Position numbers and translations under genes: made by a program
The notes under the pieces: model-generated
Seen by the model: the letters and a program-made list of their open reading frames with translations, nothing else
Database searches by the model: none
Told to the model about the DNA's origin: nothing
DNA from: Lingula anatina
Taxonomy: Eukaryota; Animalia; Brachiopoda
NCBI GenBank assembly: GCA_051362555.1
Contig: CM120641.1
Location: 25,302,401 to 25,366,400, forward strand
DNA length: 64,000 nucleotides
Direction: 5' to 3'
Shown here: in pieces, positions 49,767 through 64,000 of the stretch
Layout of the letters: every line of letters starts with the position of its first letter
Numbering within the stretch: the stretch's first letter is position 1

Positions 49767-52397
49767 GATTTAAATCGGTTATTTTACAAAATTGATTTCA
49801 TAAAAGAAATTATCCCTTATTCAGACAAAATAAAATGATTTACAGGTATTTAGTTTCCCACTCAGCTAGGCACTAAGCACCCATGTCAGGTATGCGGATC
49901 AGATCGGAAAAATGCTAAGAAATAAGGAAATGTTTGATGTAATGATTTTCCCATTCCTCCATGTTCTTTCAGTAGAAGGTGAACATTTTTAGGGGATCAA
50001 AGTTCCTATCTTGATAATATCTGTGCATTTATCAGGTAATGCCTCGTATACAGCCAGGTTACACTGTGTTATTCCGAGCAGCAAGATCTTTTGCAACACA
50101 AATGTTGCATCTTATTTATCTTGTCAGAATATATGCTGTGAAAATGATTAAAAGAAAAACTATATAGCTTATACATATTTAACCCATGGTCATGCTTTGG
50201 GATTTTGGTTATAAGCTTTTTTTTTTCATTGATTGCTGAATCTTTAGTATGATTGCAATATAAGACACAGGTCTGTTCTTTTATAATTTGACAAGAAAAG
50301 AATAGATGAAAGTAAAATCTTGCTTTTTTTTTCATTTGAAGACCCATGCCAAATTTCAGTTGGCACTAATTGCATAGTAACACATACTGCATAGTAATAA
50401 AATTATTGGACAGTAAGAAAACAGATGATCACCACCCCAACAAGTGTTGTAAATAGAAAAAAAAACTTTGAAGGAATTTCTGTAAGCAACAAGACAATAT
50501 CATGAAAGATCCATGAACATTACTATAATGAAATTTGTTTTATTATAATATTGATGAAGAGAAACTCTTCTAGCAGCCCAACATACCAGGGGCCCTATAC
50601 CAGCTCTTGTCACTACTTAATTCTAGTTATAAAAACTCCTGTTGGTACTGCTGTTAAAGATACTACAGCAAGTTATTTGGAAAGACTCCAATCAATGTTG
50701 CTGTGCAAGACATACCAAGTGTTGTTAAAAAAAAAAGTTAAGTCTGCTGTTTGAAATACTGCAGGTTTAGTTGTAAAACCCCAGTTAAGGCTGCTGAGCT
50801 ACAGTGGCAAGAGAATCATAAAGCTGTCATCATCCAAACATTTGTCTATAGCAATCCGCCTGAACTAGAGTTAATGATGGATAAAGCTGTCTCATTCTGG
50901 CAGACAGCATACCAAGAATCTGATAAGATGCTCTGATGGGGTTGTCAGGAACAATTGAAGGGAGTCCAGGCTACAGTCTGGCTACAGGTCAATGAGTGCA
51001 CTGCTGATCGCTACCCACTGTCTGTATAATGAAGAGACAACATATCAATTTACAAAGCTAGAAAATATATGGTAAACTATCAGTACAAAAAATAAAGGGG
51101 GGGGGGCTGATACTCTTCATGCTCTTTTGGTCCCATAGTAAAGTAAGCAGGAGCCAAAGGAAAAAGCTAACATAGTAATTGAATCGTAACATGTTTTGCT
51201 CTGCATTCCAAAACCCTGCATCCTGCCTTGTTGGATTCAATTTGTTTCAGCAGGGTTTAAGTAAACTTGGAGATTGAGGTCCATCTTACACAAGATACTT
51301 GCAGTAATACAATGCCCTGACCATAGCTGTTATTCTATGTGATGTATATTAAAAACATGCATGTGTAGCACTGGATATGTTAGTTAATAACTGTTTCCTG
51401 TCGTTACTTGTATCATGTATTGGATTCAGTCTTAGCACATTTAGGTAGTAGTATGAAACGGTTTTAGTTTAAGGTAGAGAGTATAGCACTACATAAAAGA
51501 ATAGACTTTTTACTTTTACTTATTACGTAAAAAGAAAGGAAAAAAAAAACATGCTTTGTATAGTGAATGATGCCGTTGGCTTTAAACAAAATGTTGACTG
51601 AGAGCATTTGTATGTTTTTGTAGCAATTTTTGGATGGGGGTAGATATTAACTTTGGCATGTTTCCTGTGATGGGTGCTATATATCCACCACCTTTTATGA
51701 TTATTCAACATTTATAATTTGCTGATTTAAATGTTGATTAATTTCAGCAGTTTTTATCTTTCAGGCTTGACTTCAGATGTAACCCCATGCTCCCCATCAT
51801 ATAATCTTAAAACTGTGAAAAATTTTCTGGAATTCTAATCAGTGAATGATAAAATACTCGTACTGAATGTGTTTAGCTATTTTATAGTGAAAGAGATTCA
51901 CAGACAGAATAATAAGGATGTGTTTCCTTTAACTTATCTGTCAAGAAATCATTGACACCTTATGAAGATGATCCTTCTTGAACTTCCTTGCTGATAATTT
52001 CTTGTGAGTCTTATGAACACCCAGATTTTGCTGAAGAAACATTTGAAAATTGTGTCTACTTCGAAGGTTACTGAAGATGATACAAAGAGCACATTTCCTT
52101 TAGAGAGATTTTGAGTGTGTGTTGCTTTTGTAATGCTAAATAGAGGGCAGTTTATCTTGCTCTTGCTTCACATATGAGAATTACTATTTCTACTTTGCTC
52201 ATGGTAACCTTTTGCTCCTCCTCTTTTGACTTTCGTCCTCTTCAATGATTTTATTGAACTTTATCACAGCCAAGCAAATAGCTATGATGTGATTACAAGT
52301 AACAGATCAGAAGGTGCCTCTGGCATAGATGAGGTTTTAGGGAGTTGATTGGCAAATCTTTCTGACAATTATTGGCATCACTGTCTATCCTGGGTCT

Positions 52398-52576
52398 CAG
52401 GCCTGTAACCAGCAATTTTAAAGGGATGGTTCTTTGCTAAAAAAAAATACAGCTTTTTGGTCCTTTATTTGGCTCAACTTGGGAAATGTATAGCACCTGG
52501 TTCAAGCTTTATTCAGAGTTTATCTTTTGCAGCCAAAAGGGCCATGTTTTTCATTCCCCCTTCCCTACAGGGGCTG
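52398..52576. mobile_element. Degenerate copy of the 11966-12081 MITE family
   Basis: caggcctgtaaccagcaattttaaaggg ... ccctacaggggctg. TSD not preserved. Confidence 0.55.
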
Positions 52577-55500
52577 GTTGCACTAAAAACATGAAGCAAA
52601 AGCTGGTCTGAACTGAAAGGCACAAAATGGTAGTCCTTTTTTGGCTTTGTCTCCAATGAAAGCAATCACCAATGTCAAGACAATTATGATTTAGTCTGTG
52701 ACCTTATTTTAGACCAAAAAAAAAGGAAACTTAAGTAAAATAGGTTTTTGGCTAAGATCCTCAGCTAGATTTGTGAATTAAGATTCTTTGTCAAACAAGA
52801 CTCTAACTGATGAACCGAGTTAGTTCAGTTCCTTATCTACAGTAGTTTTAGTGTGTGTATTGCTTTGGTTTTTGCATTGCAGTTTATTGAGTTATTGGGA
52901 ATAGGCATAGTTGTCAGAGCACTTACTCCCTCTTCTCTGAAAGTGCAGAAAGGTGTTCTATGAAAAGGGAGGTGAGAGAGAATATTTAGTAAAATATCAG
53001 ACTTTCACCTTGTTTCAAACTCTGTTAAAATATTCCAGCACTTTTTCTACAAGAACTTAACACTGTTATCTTTTGTTGATAGGTAACCAACATTAACTAA
53101 ACAGACTTTGGCAACTTCTACAAGCTATCTCTTCAATCTTTTTTACAAGGAAATTGATGAAATTTAATTTGCTATGTTGCTTACAGATTGACATTTTCAT
53201 AAAGCAGTTGATTATTGTTTGTGTCCAGAGCGGGTCATGATCCATGGGGGGGGGGGGTTTGAGGGGAGTGTTAGTCAGAGATCTCTTCACATTCATGGGA
53301 AAAGCATTTCAATGAAACTGGTATATGATCCAATTATGACAAAGAATTATTCTAGAATATCCGATGATATTCAATCTCCCATGGTCAACAGTCCATTATG
53401 TTTATTTTCACACAGTATAAGCTATGCAGTTTTGATTACAGATATATTTTTGTTTTGTTTTTCTTTTTTTGCTCACAGCAGTGTTTTTGGACTTTATTTA
53501 TAACAATTAGGACAGTGCATTGTGCAGAACTTTGAATTGAGGTAGACAGCAGAGCTTTTCACAAATTGGCCTACAATGCAATGAAAGAACACAATGGAAT
53601 TGTAACAATCGTAATTTCAATAGATCGGTAACATGTGTTGCTGGCAGAGGTAATGCATTCGAATGAATCACAGTTCAAGAAGAGACTGGAGGACCAAAAA
53701 GTAATCCACTGTTATTCATACTTATATAGGATTTCAAAATAAAAGAAAGAAAAAAGTTAGTTCATCATCAGCTTGGCTGTGTAGTTTTGTTTTGGTAGGC
53801 AGTTTTTCAGCGTACATCAAAGGTTTTGGCAAATGAAACAATTTTTTTCTGATTTAGAAGGTGGCGAAAGTCTCAGGATGCATGCCATTCAACAGCAGAT
53901 GTAGCGCCAACTCCCTGACAGTTTTGAGTAACAATACCTAATGAACAACATGTGCGGCTTCCGAACACTTCATGCAAGTATTTCTGTCAAAGGCCTGCTT
54001 TCATGTCTGTTTGTTAGCTCCAGTGACCACTATCAAGAAGTGATTTTCCCTAACAGTCTTATTCTGGATTGTGCTATAAATTCAGCAGAGAAGTTTTTCC
54101 AAAGTGTTTGAGATTAAGGCCGTAAAATCCATTTTTTTTTTCAATTACACATTTTGTTTTGCATAACATTTATTCAAGAAGTACCTAATAGCCTGTTGCA
54201 GACCATAATATTGTTATTTAACCTCTCTAAATTTATGAAATCTCATCCTAGTTACAATGTATTTGGGTGGCATTGGGTGATTTGTTGAAGGAAGAAGATG
54301 ATATTTTAAAAAGTTGCAAATATTATTATTATTATAAAGCATGATAAAAAATACTGTGAAAACGGTCAGGAAGACTGTCCAGTTGTGAGGACGTCTTCTT
54401 CATGGGGTCTTTATGAGCTCAGTTCTAGTTTGGGAAATGAACACTGGTCAGAGTTTCTATTAGGTGGCAGTAGGTAACACAGATGAACATTTAGTTCTAT
54501 GCATAAAAAAGAACCATGCTCATGCGTTCTTTATGGTAACACGTCTGGGTGGTAGAAACAGTTAAGAGGATGTACTTTTGTGTCAAAATGACAGACTTGA
54601 AACAGATCTTGAAATTTTGATGACAATTTGTCACTTTTCATTATGTTTCTAGGCTAACTTTATGCTTCAGAGACAAACAGAGATGTGTTTTTCTTAAACT
54701 GACTCTTTCAGTTGATTGGTTTCTACGAGTCTTGAGTTTCAAGACTTTGGTAATTGGGTATATGTTTCAGTATTGGATATAGGGTATTTCTTTTAAAGCT
54801 GTTTTTGTCTCTGATGTTTGTTAAATGTTGAACAGTATTTTTCTTTTAAAATAATTTTGCTAAGTAAGCAAACATATCATATCACAATGTTTTATTGGTG
54901 GTGGGTTTTGGTATTAATGTTCTAACTTTAAAAAAAACTTCTTTGAAAAATGGATAATGATAAAGGGTGCAGATATGATAACAAATGAAAAGTAAGAGAA
55001 AGATGGGGAGGGGGAGGATATAGAATAAAAATGTGTTTCACATAATTTTACTTTCTGGTTGGTTTTAATTTATTCAGAAGCAGACATCTTGGTTGGTCAC
55101 TTTGGGTCGTGGTGTGGCAAACTTTCTCGCCATGTGGCATCATATCTTTAAAACACTGAAGAAAAAAATCAAGTTCATAAAATTTAAGTGGAGACTTAGG
55201 AATTGAAGTTGAATTGAGCTATCTGCATTGCTAGTATATTTACCAATCTGAATCATTTGAAGGGTTTGCCTCAGTGTTTTCTATTTTAAGAATCATTTGG
55301 TTAACTGCTGGGAAGGGATGTAAATGCCAAAATGGCTGAAAAAAGTAGGATATCATGCCTATTCTTCATGTATGCCAGCCTAAACTATTCCTGCCAATTT
55401 GTCCAGAAATCTTGTCCAAGCTCTCAAAACATTTACTAAATACAGCTCAGTTGACTTCACTGATAGAGAAATGATGGGGAAACCATTTCACAGGACACTT

Positions 55501-58500
55501 GACTATGTTTGGTTTATTGAGGTACAGTTACCTGCTCAGATTTGCACCCATTTATAATTGACATTTGGAGCAGTGATTTAAAAGACAGTTTCTTGCTATG
55601 AGGCATTGCCACAGCTACAGGCACAGTCAGCAAGCCACAACCTGAAAGTTTTGGCAAAAAAGTCTGATTTGGATCAATGGCTGTACACTTCATGGACTCC
55701 ATTTATGTTGATTTTACCAAGCTGGCTTATTTTCTGTCTCAGTGGTGTGTATCGGAACAGAATGGGGTTTTTTATTGTTAAATGAAGTCTGGCTAAATTC
55801 GTTGAAAAATTAAGAGAGACTTATAAAATGTCAGTGAATATAAATACCTTCAAAAGTGAGTCCTTGGTATGTGTTTGATATTACATAAGAACAATTTAGG
55901 GTTATGGGACTTAAATTTTTTTAGAATGAAATTATGTAAAAGTGCTTATATAAAAAAGCACTCTGTTTTCCTGTGTTTTTGACAGATTGATGGCAACATT
56001 TCAGAGTGAGGACAGGACTGCTGGGAAGACAGCCATTGTCTTGATGCTATCTCTGGGTTCCTCTTGAGTTTAGTGCCACAGAGTGGCAGATTTTATCTGG
56101 AACAGGAATATCTTGCATCTCAATTGTATTATTGAACAAGAGACTGAACCATAATACTTTTTGAGGAGCTCTGCCTGATATTCATTGCTGTGTCAGTTTG
56201 TTTTTTAGAAACATACATTTCTAAGGTGTCATGATAATAAATTGTCTCTCACTGGGTGTGCCTACTCTGGTGTCAAATTATATCTTTTTTGACCTTTTCA
56301 CTATCTTGGCTTGTTTTCTATATACTGTGGATTTGTAAGTTAGTTTACTCCTGCCCTTATAAGATTTGTTGGTTTACTTCTGCCATCTCATTTCCCTTGG
56401 AATTGGTCCTTGAAGACCTGGCCGTCATTTGGTAATAGAAACAATTATAGAATCAGGCCTTAAAGTTTTGCAGGACTATTTGTTTGACTTTTCCTTAATT
56501 GGCCTTTAATTTTCCTTCTGTGTCTATCTATATTCATTCACACTCATTGCTTCAAGTAGATTCCAAACAGTTATCTTCTTCATGCCCATATAGGACACAG
56601 AAATTGACTGATATCCAGCCCCCTATTGAGTATAAAAACGGGCCTGTGCAAACAGGAGGGAAATGATGCCCAAATCTGATTGGAATTTTAAAAAATAAAC
56701 AGTATCCTGGCTCTTTTGATAGTATAAAGAAGAAATAAAAAACTGTTACATATTTAAGCACAGAAACAAAAGGCATGGATTTTTTTCTGGTCGGGCAGTA
56801 GAGGGGCACTTCAGTATTATTCTAAGTGGAGTAAAATCAGACAAAAAATGTTTCATGGTACTTGAGTTTTTGATGTCTTCTCGTCTGACCCATGTCATAC
56901 AGTTGTAAGGGAGGGTCTGTGCGGCCCTCTGGGAATCCCATTACTCTTTGATGTTCTTGCTCTCCCAGCTTCTCAAGTGTCCTAGAGTCTAAAGTATGCT
57001 GTTTTCTATTGTTTGTTTGCATTGTGTATAAGTTGGTGCATGAGTTTGCCACAGATTGCTGTTCTAAGGGCAGGCAAGGGTGTTTGCAGCCACTGTTAGC
57101 CATAGCATGACTTATACCCAAAAGTAATATGGCTCTAACCAATGCTGGAGCAAAACTAAAACAAGTAAACCAAGATATTTTAAATGTTATAAATATGTTA
57201 TTGTATCAAGGTTGATATGCTTGAGGTTTTGTTGCTATAAGGAAGGCAAAGCTTTATTAAACACTTATTGTGCAAAGTTGGTACAGGTACATGTATTTTG
57301 GTATTGTAAAATTTTCTTTAGCCAAAACCTGATGCAATGTGACAAAATTTTGGAAATATATGGTATGCAGTACAAAAAAAGATATAACATTAAATCTTTG
57401 TAAGCAGATGCGCTTCTGCAGAATATTTGTTTACAATTAAACTTAAAGTGTTCGAGAAGAAAATTGATTAAAACTCCCAACATATTAGTACTTGATGAGA
57501 AAAGCCATCTCGTCTGTAATCAGGTAGATGGTCTACTGAATGATGTGACAAATAAAAGACACTTTGACCAATAAACAACGCTATTAAGTGTTGGCATGCC
57601 AGGTCAAGGAAATCTCCACATTTTAAAATAGATGACACATTAACAGAGTTGGGAGGTTTTTTAAATTGAGGAACAAATTAATTTTTCCTGGTCATGATTT
57701 TAAGTCCAAAGATTTGAGTCCTAGTCAACTATAATGATTTATGTTGTTGGCCATGTTCAATTATTTTCCACCTCTGCCACCTTTCCCACTGTAAATGAGG
57801 ACTGTTTACCTTAGCAACTGGTGGCTAGGTCACTCTGTGGAAATGAACTTCCTTTTCTCTCAAATAACTGAACTTTTTCAGTTTTCATAATATCAGTAAG
57901 GTACCAGCTTGCAAACCTGTCCTTAATTGTTAACATTTGAATTTGGCACATTCTAAAATTTGATGACGAGGAAAATATCAAAACGGTCCCTAGATAGTTT
58001 ATGGACTCATGAGACAACATATTACACGTGATAGTTGTTTTCTTAACTAGACTCATTTTCATAAGTGTTTCAAAAGATAGAGAGATGCATGTTAGACATA
58101 CTGTCAATTTTTTATGAGAAAGGGCGACACCACTGCCATCTTTTCTTTAACCGGTGTCACGGCTTTCAAGAGCTCCATTTATGTACCAAATGACACAGGT
58201 TAACAGTGGACACCACAAAATGACTTAAGGTCAAGAAAATGCCACAGAAAACAAAAGTGTTTAAAGTGGCAGCTAGATTGATTGAATCAGTCAGCCAGCC
58301 TGTAACTGGCTAAACAAGGACAAATTAACTTGGCCAAAGTATAATAACCTTGGCAGCAAAATATGCAAGATAAAGATTGTTTTTGTAAGATCTTTTTGTA
58401 TTTCAACTTGAATCACCCCTCATCCTAAGGCTAAGAGTTTTCCCCAAAATGCATCAGATGGTGAAACCTCAAAATCATTATGTGCATTGAACCTTTTAGC

Positions 58501-58815
58501 TCTGGTATTTTAAGTAAGCCATTAAAATCACCAGGACCTAAGCTAGTGAAGGAACAAATGACTGTCTCCATGGTAAAAGTTGACAAATTGTAGGCCACTA
58601 TCCTGGGGTTCCACTGTTGATTTACATGTCAGTTCTCATCTCCGGTGTGTTAAAGGAAACCGTGCACAGCAAAGTTTTTTCTCATGCAGGAGCATTTACT
58701 GCTATTCTACAAATGCAGAAATTGGATTATTTCTGCATTTGCTATAAATATGTTTTAAAAATTTTTAAGCCACAAGTCAAGTCCTGTTCTTTGTGAAGAG
58801 GATGTTTGTTTTTTT

Positions 58816-60597
58816 ATGTACAGACACAGATGTGTCTGTACATATTGCCATCACCTGCGTCTGTCGTCGCCGATCATGTCGCCATCGCCGTGCACTTTCA
58901 GCGTTAACACCATAAGTGGAAGACAGTTTTACTTTTTGGCTTTATATTTACAGAGCTGACTAATATTCATAAAACGCAGGTCAAGTTTGAAAATCAGCAT
59001 GATCGGGCCATTATTGTAGAATTTATGCTGTTTTTTCACTTTTTAGCATATATGCAACACTGTTAACACATTTCAAGGAAAACCGATAGGCCTGTTGTCA
59101 TGAAACTCACAGGAGTAATCAATCTTACTTAAACGCAGGCCAAGTTCGAAAATCGGCATGATCAGGCCACTATTTTACTAGTTATGCTGTTTTTTACACT
59201 TTTCAGCATATATGCAACACTGTAAACACAATATAAGAAAAACAGATAGGCCAATTGTCATGAAAGTCACAGGAGTGGTCAATTTTACTAAAATGCAGGT
59301 TGAGTTTGTAAATCAGCATAATCGTGCCATTATATTAGAAGGTATGCTGTTTTTTCACATTTCCTCAGATTAAGTTTTTAGGCATGTTAACAGTCTCATT
59401 ATTAAACTAATAAGATACGTGAAAGTGTTTGTTTGACATGTCCTGCATCTTTACAACATTGTTAGTTGATTTTGTAAAAATGATGGTAAACATGTTATCG
59501 TGTATTGTGTAATAAAGTTTCAAAAATGGAAATAAACTCATATCATTGCAGTTTGTCAGATTCAATCATTCACTATGTTCAGAATCTCAGAATGGAAGAA
59601 ATTGGACATTTAACACTGCTTTATTGACATTTTTCTCATCTCATCAATTTTCTTAGTTGATCATATAAAAATGGCAGTAAACTGTTAATTTTATTTTATG
59701 TTAAAAATTGTTAAAAATGGGGAAGAAAAACATTTCAGAACAGTGCTGTCTTGTTTACATTTTGGCATTTTCAAGTTGTGACTTTGAAGTTCCATGGGCC
59801 TGAAGACCTTTGCTAGTCACATTTTCTGAATATCCATGATACTAATATTTTATTATTAAAAATTGATGGTCATTATGCTGTTAAACATTATGTAATATTG
59901 CATCAAAATTTGAAAAAACCTATTTTGGGCACTGCTCCCATGATTACCTTTTAAGAAAAACCATGTCACTTACTGTTCTCAAACTTACAGGAAAGAAACA
60001 TGGGACTAAAATACAGCTTCAGTAGGCAATGCAATCTGCCAGTTAAACCGTTTTTTTGTGAAAATTTAATTTTTCACATATTGGCATTTTCAAGGTGTGA
60101 CTTTGAAGTTCCACAGGCTTGAAGACCCAGGCTAGTCACATTTTCTGAAAATCCATGATACATATATTTTGTTATTAAAAATTGATTGTCATTATGCTGT
60201 TAACCATTATGTAATATTGCATCAGAATAGAAGAAAACACAATTTTGGGTGCTGCTGCCATGATGACCATTATGGGAAAACCATGTTACTAATGATTGCC
60301 AAACTTTCAAAAAAGAAATACAAGACTAAAATGCAGCCTGAGTTGGAAAAGCAGTCTAATTGACTTCTTTTTCTGGAAGTTTTCCATTTTCAAAGTGTGA
60401 ACTTGAACTCCCATGGGCCTGAAGCCTTATGCTTGTTTCACATTTTACTTACATTGGTATTACCTGTTGAAAATAATTAAAATTTGATGTTGAATTTGCA
60501 GTTTAACATAATGTACTTTTGCATCAGAATTGACAGTAGCCTATTTTGTTATTTCCTGCTTTTTGTCTGTACATTTGACAGCTTTGCTGCCTTATTT
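58816..60597 (-). mobile_element. Non-autonomous Helentron/HINE-like element, family A copy 3 (least interrupted)
   Basis: Reverse complement of 18191-21472 without the nested inserts. Hairpin atgtacagacac-agat-gtgtctgtacat at 58816-58843 next to a T run. The other end reads gtctgtacatttgacagctttgctgccttatttt. Confidence 0.85.
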
Positions 60598-63500
60598 TAC
60601 CTTGGTGTACAATTGTGAGATGAAATCTGTATCAAAAAAAAGATTTGTCAGGATATGTCTTTGTTTTTTAGCCACTAAGATAGAAGTGAGAGATACAGAA
60701 ATAGAGATGTATAAAAATCCTTTCGTATTCATTAAACAAATGAATTTCATTAACAAGAATGTTATTCATCAATCTTTCCTCTTCATACCATGAAATATGA
60801 TGAATACATTCATAAATCAAGTGAAGGAAGCAAGTTGGAAACACCCTTATCAGATATTTTCTAAACTGATATTTGGATATATTACTGCAAATGCTTGTTT
60901 ATGACAACTGACTGTTGTTGCCCTGACTGGCCCTTTTTACAGTGAATCAAAACCTCCTTAAGGATTCTTGGCACATTTGTTACATATACTTTGTCTCCTC
61001 CATCTCAGTGTACTACAAACTTTCGTAGTCTCATTCATAACAAGAAAGAAGGCAACAAGGAATATTGATTGTTCATGATTTGGCCAAACAAGGACGCTTT
61101 TATTATATAACCCCCACTATCCTAATCATTTTAACAATAACAACAATGTAGCAAATTATTGTGTGCATTAAATGTTATGGCCTTAGGGATAAAAATTATA
61201 TATCAAATATTCAATAAGACTCATCGTCCTAAAAATTATGATGTGACGAGTCAGCAAAAGTTATTATTTACCAACAATTTTGCACAAATAAAAACTTTAC
61301 TTACTCTTTTAGCTAGATACATGGCATAAACAGGTTTTGGGTGTTGTGATTCTAAAAATGTGTTAATCTGTTGTTGAGCATGTTAAAAACATTTGAATGG
61401 TCCCGAAAATGATGCTAAAAATTTTCATGAATGTTAAAATGATAACTAAATCAGTGGGATATACTCAAGAATGAGTAAAATAAAGGTAAATGCACGAAGC
61501 TGGCAAGCCTGCAAGTAGATGTAGGCACAGGTTTCAAGAATAATTTTGAAATCTCATCCTTCTCTCTTAGTTGATGCACTCCTCATTTCCTTATTAACCC
61601 CAAGCCTTTTTTTCACTGATCATGGTGAAAGCCCAGTTAACTCCAGTTTCCGGAAGGCATCTGTTGTGTGATGTTACTTAACTTCTTTGGATTCTCATCC
61701 GGATTTCCAGTCTAACCTTTGCAGAAAAGATGAGAAAAGCATCTTTTGAACAAAGTCATATGTTATGACAATTGTTTTGGCTTTTACCTAACCAGCAATT
61801 GTGATTTGATAAATAACAATCAAGGAATAGTAATGATGGTAATATTGAAATTATGTATTCATAAAACTATGTAGGGAAGCTCTTCCATTTAGTATCAGGT
61901 TACCTGTTACTGTTAAAGAGAAGCTAATTTTTTGTTTTCTATAAAAGTATTCATTTTTTACCTATATGCTGCCATTTTTAGAAAGTCACCCAATAGTTAT
62001 CAAAATTGTGTACAACACAGTAACACTGCATTTCCAACTATTTTTTTGTTAAGATAGCTTTGCAAATTAGTTTCTCTCTTTCCTTTTTTTCCTTCGTAAG
62101 TAATGTTCAAGGAATTTACCTCCATACATTAATTGTCAGACAAATTTGGAAGTAATATCTGGAGTAAATATCAATCCACCCACACCAATGTAGTTAACCA
62201 TCTGTAAAAGAAAACTAAAGATCAGATTTTACTAGAAAGTCCAGGTGAGTTTTACAAACATGTTTACTTAGCTAGCAATCAACTGCCAGACTTTCTAAGG
62301 ATCATTACCAAAAAGGTTCACGCCAGGGCCTTGAAGATACTCTAATCATCATTAGAAGTGCTTCTTTTTCCCTTTAACTTGGGACTACAGACACTACATT
62401 GGGCGCATGTGGTTGTTGGTATGTCCGATTTGCCATTTCCAAATAAAAAGAATTTATTTTCCTCAGAAACCTGGCTGCTGGGGGCAATACAAAAAGTGTG
62501 TGAAGTGTTCATTAGAAAGATGTTATTTGGGGAAGATCAGTAATAATGGGGATAAAAGTTCTTCAGTTTTTCTTGAAGTTGGAACTTATTAAGGAAGGAC
62601 TCAGGACTCAATTACCTCTCTGCAGTAAGCCGACCCTGGCATGTGGTTTGTAATTTACGTGAAATATTTCATATGGTTAAAGTAGAACATCAAATGAATT
62701 GGTCCTCATGGTTTCTGAAAGGTGACAGCTAGTTTAGTTAGTGGTTATTGGAACCTTGACCTTGGTTACATGGAAATGCTGTTTATATATCTGTAGAGTA
62801 TGCAAGTACTTTACAGATTTACAAAGAACAAGATCTGTGAGCTTTTTAAGGTGCAATATATTTGAAAATGTTGTGCCCTGAAGTTCTATACCCATGTAAG
62901 CAATGAGGCTATGTGGTTATAAAGATTATCTCAAATGACCAGTCTTGAACTTTCAAGAGGCAGTTACTTATCCCTCCATTGATTGTTTTTGCTTACTCTT
63001 CAGTAATTGTACTATATACACTGCCATAGAAACCAGGGATTGGAAACTCAGACTTCAAATGTGCAGAATAATCTGCTCAGTGCATTTTGTTAACTTATTT
63101 TCTCTCTGGCTATGTTTTTCTGTCTCATCAAACAATTGTGAAAGAATGCATTAGGCAGATCTAAATGTCTGCATCATAATCTTCTTTTACAATTCAGTGC
63201 ACATGGACATTGAGTCTCTATTTTTCAAGGAATAATCGACTTCTCTCATCTGGTAATGGGAAACTGAAATTCTTTAAAGTAGTGATGTCTGAAGAAGTTC
63301 CTTTCCCAGACCTTTAACTTACTCATGTGCTGCAGCAATTGAATCAGCCCAGTGACCCCAAGGTGTGAATATTACAGTCAGATGCATTCATCTTGCCAAT
63401 AACAATGGCAAACAGTCTTTTAAGAACAAAAACATGACAATATGGGATACATTTGTGGAGGTTCGTTGCAACCAACTCGAGTCAAGACTTGGTTATCTGC

Positions 63501-64000
63501 AGTGAATATAGGACCTCTGTTCCAGATGTTTTCTCAGAAAATTATTTGCTTAGGCAAAGAATTTGATTGAGCTTAGATGCACTAGGGAAGTTATCTGAAG
63601 GACACAGAAGTGTTTGTTACTTTTGTTGTCTTTAGTCTGAAAGTCTTTAAGAGAAACCTTCACTGCCAATTGTGCACCAGACACATCTTGCTTTTTGTAC
63701 TGGACTTGTCCTTTTTTGTTTATTACCTGTGTCCAGAAGGTTATGGTTTTGGTTTCATAAGTTAGTTTATGTCTGGACATAACACGTATAAGGTGTCTGT
63801 TAGAATATTCCTGACATCATTATATTTTGTGAAAAATTAAGCTGTTTAAAAACTGTGGGTGTGTCTGAAATAGCATGGTTTCAGTGTTGGTGAAGTGAGC
63901 ATGATTTAAAAAGCCGTTAGAAAGATATATACACTTCATGAATGGGAATTTATCTTTACTTCATATCATAAAATGATTTTGGGACTTTGCTCGTTCTGAT

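Noticed and set aside
49352-64000. Further collagen exons or a nested gene in the last 14.6 kb
   Set aside because: No AG-(Gly-X-Y)n-GT exon or recognisable protein was found by eye. A short non-collagenous exon could have been missed.

Overview
AT-rich, intron-dense animal genomic DNA. The repeat landscape and protein divergence suggest a marine invertebrate, probably a mollusc (inference only). I assembled four spliced genes by hand from splice sites and reading-frame phase. (1) NTAQ1/WDYHV1, minus strand, 6 coding exons, 194 aa. (2) CETN3 (centrin-3), plus strand, 6 exons, 167 aa, head-to-head with NTAQ1 across 335 bp. (3) A large minus-strand EML/EMAP-family gene of about 30 exons and about 1,500 aa, tail-to-tail with CETN3. 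Its HELP+WD40 (TAPE) domain is preceded by two degenerate EF-hand pairs and a long Pro/Ser/Gln/Lys-rich linker instead of the usual coiled coil. (4) The 5' part of a type II transmembrane collagen (MACIT, collagen XIII/XXIII/XXV-like), plus strand, which runs off the window. The introns hold non-autonomous Helentron/HINE-type elements with internal tandem arrays, Harbinger-type MITEs (3-bp TSD), and CAG-ended MITEs with 5-, 6- and 7-bp TSDs. The most notable observations are the EF-hand-EML architecture, a decayed duplicate of the EML last exon that shows mainly synonymous change and is split by a MITE, two GC-AG introns, a 36-nt collagen exon flanked by RBFOX and MBNL motifs, and nested rolling-circle-type elements. 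No rRNA, tRNA, CRISPR array or autonomous transposase was recognisable.
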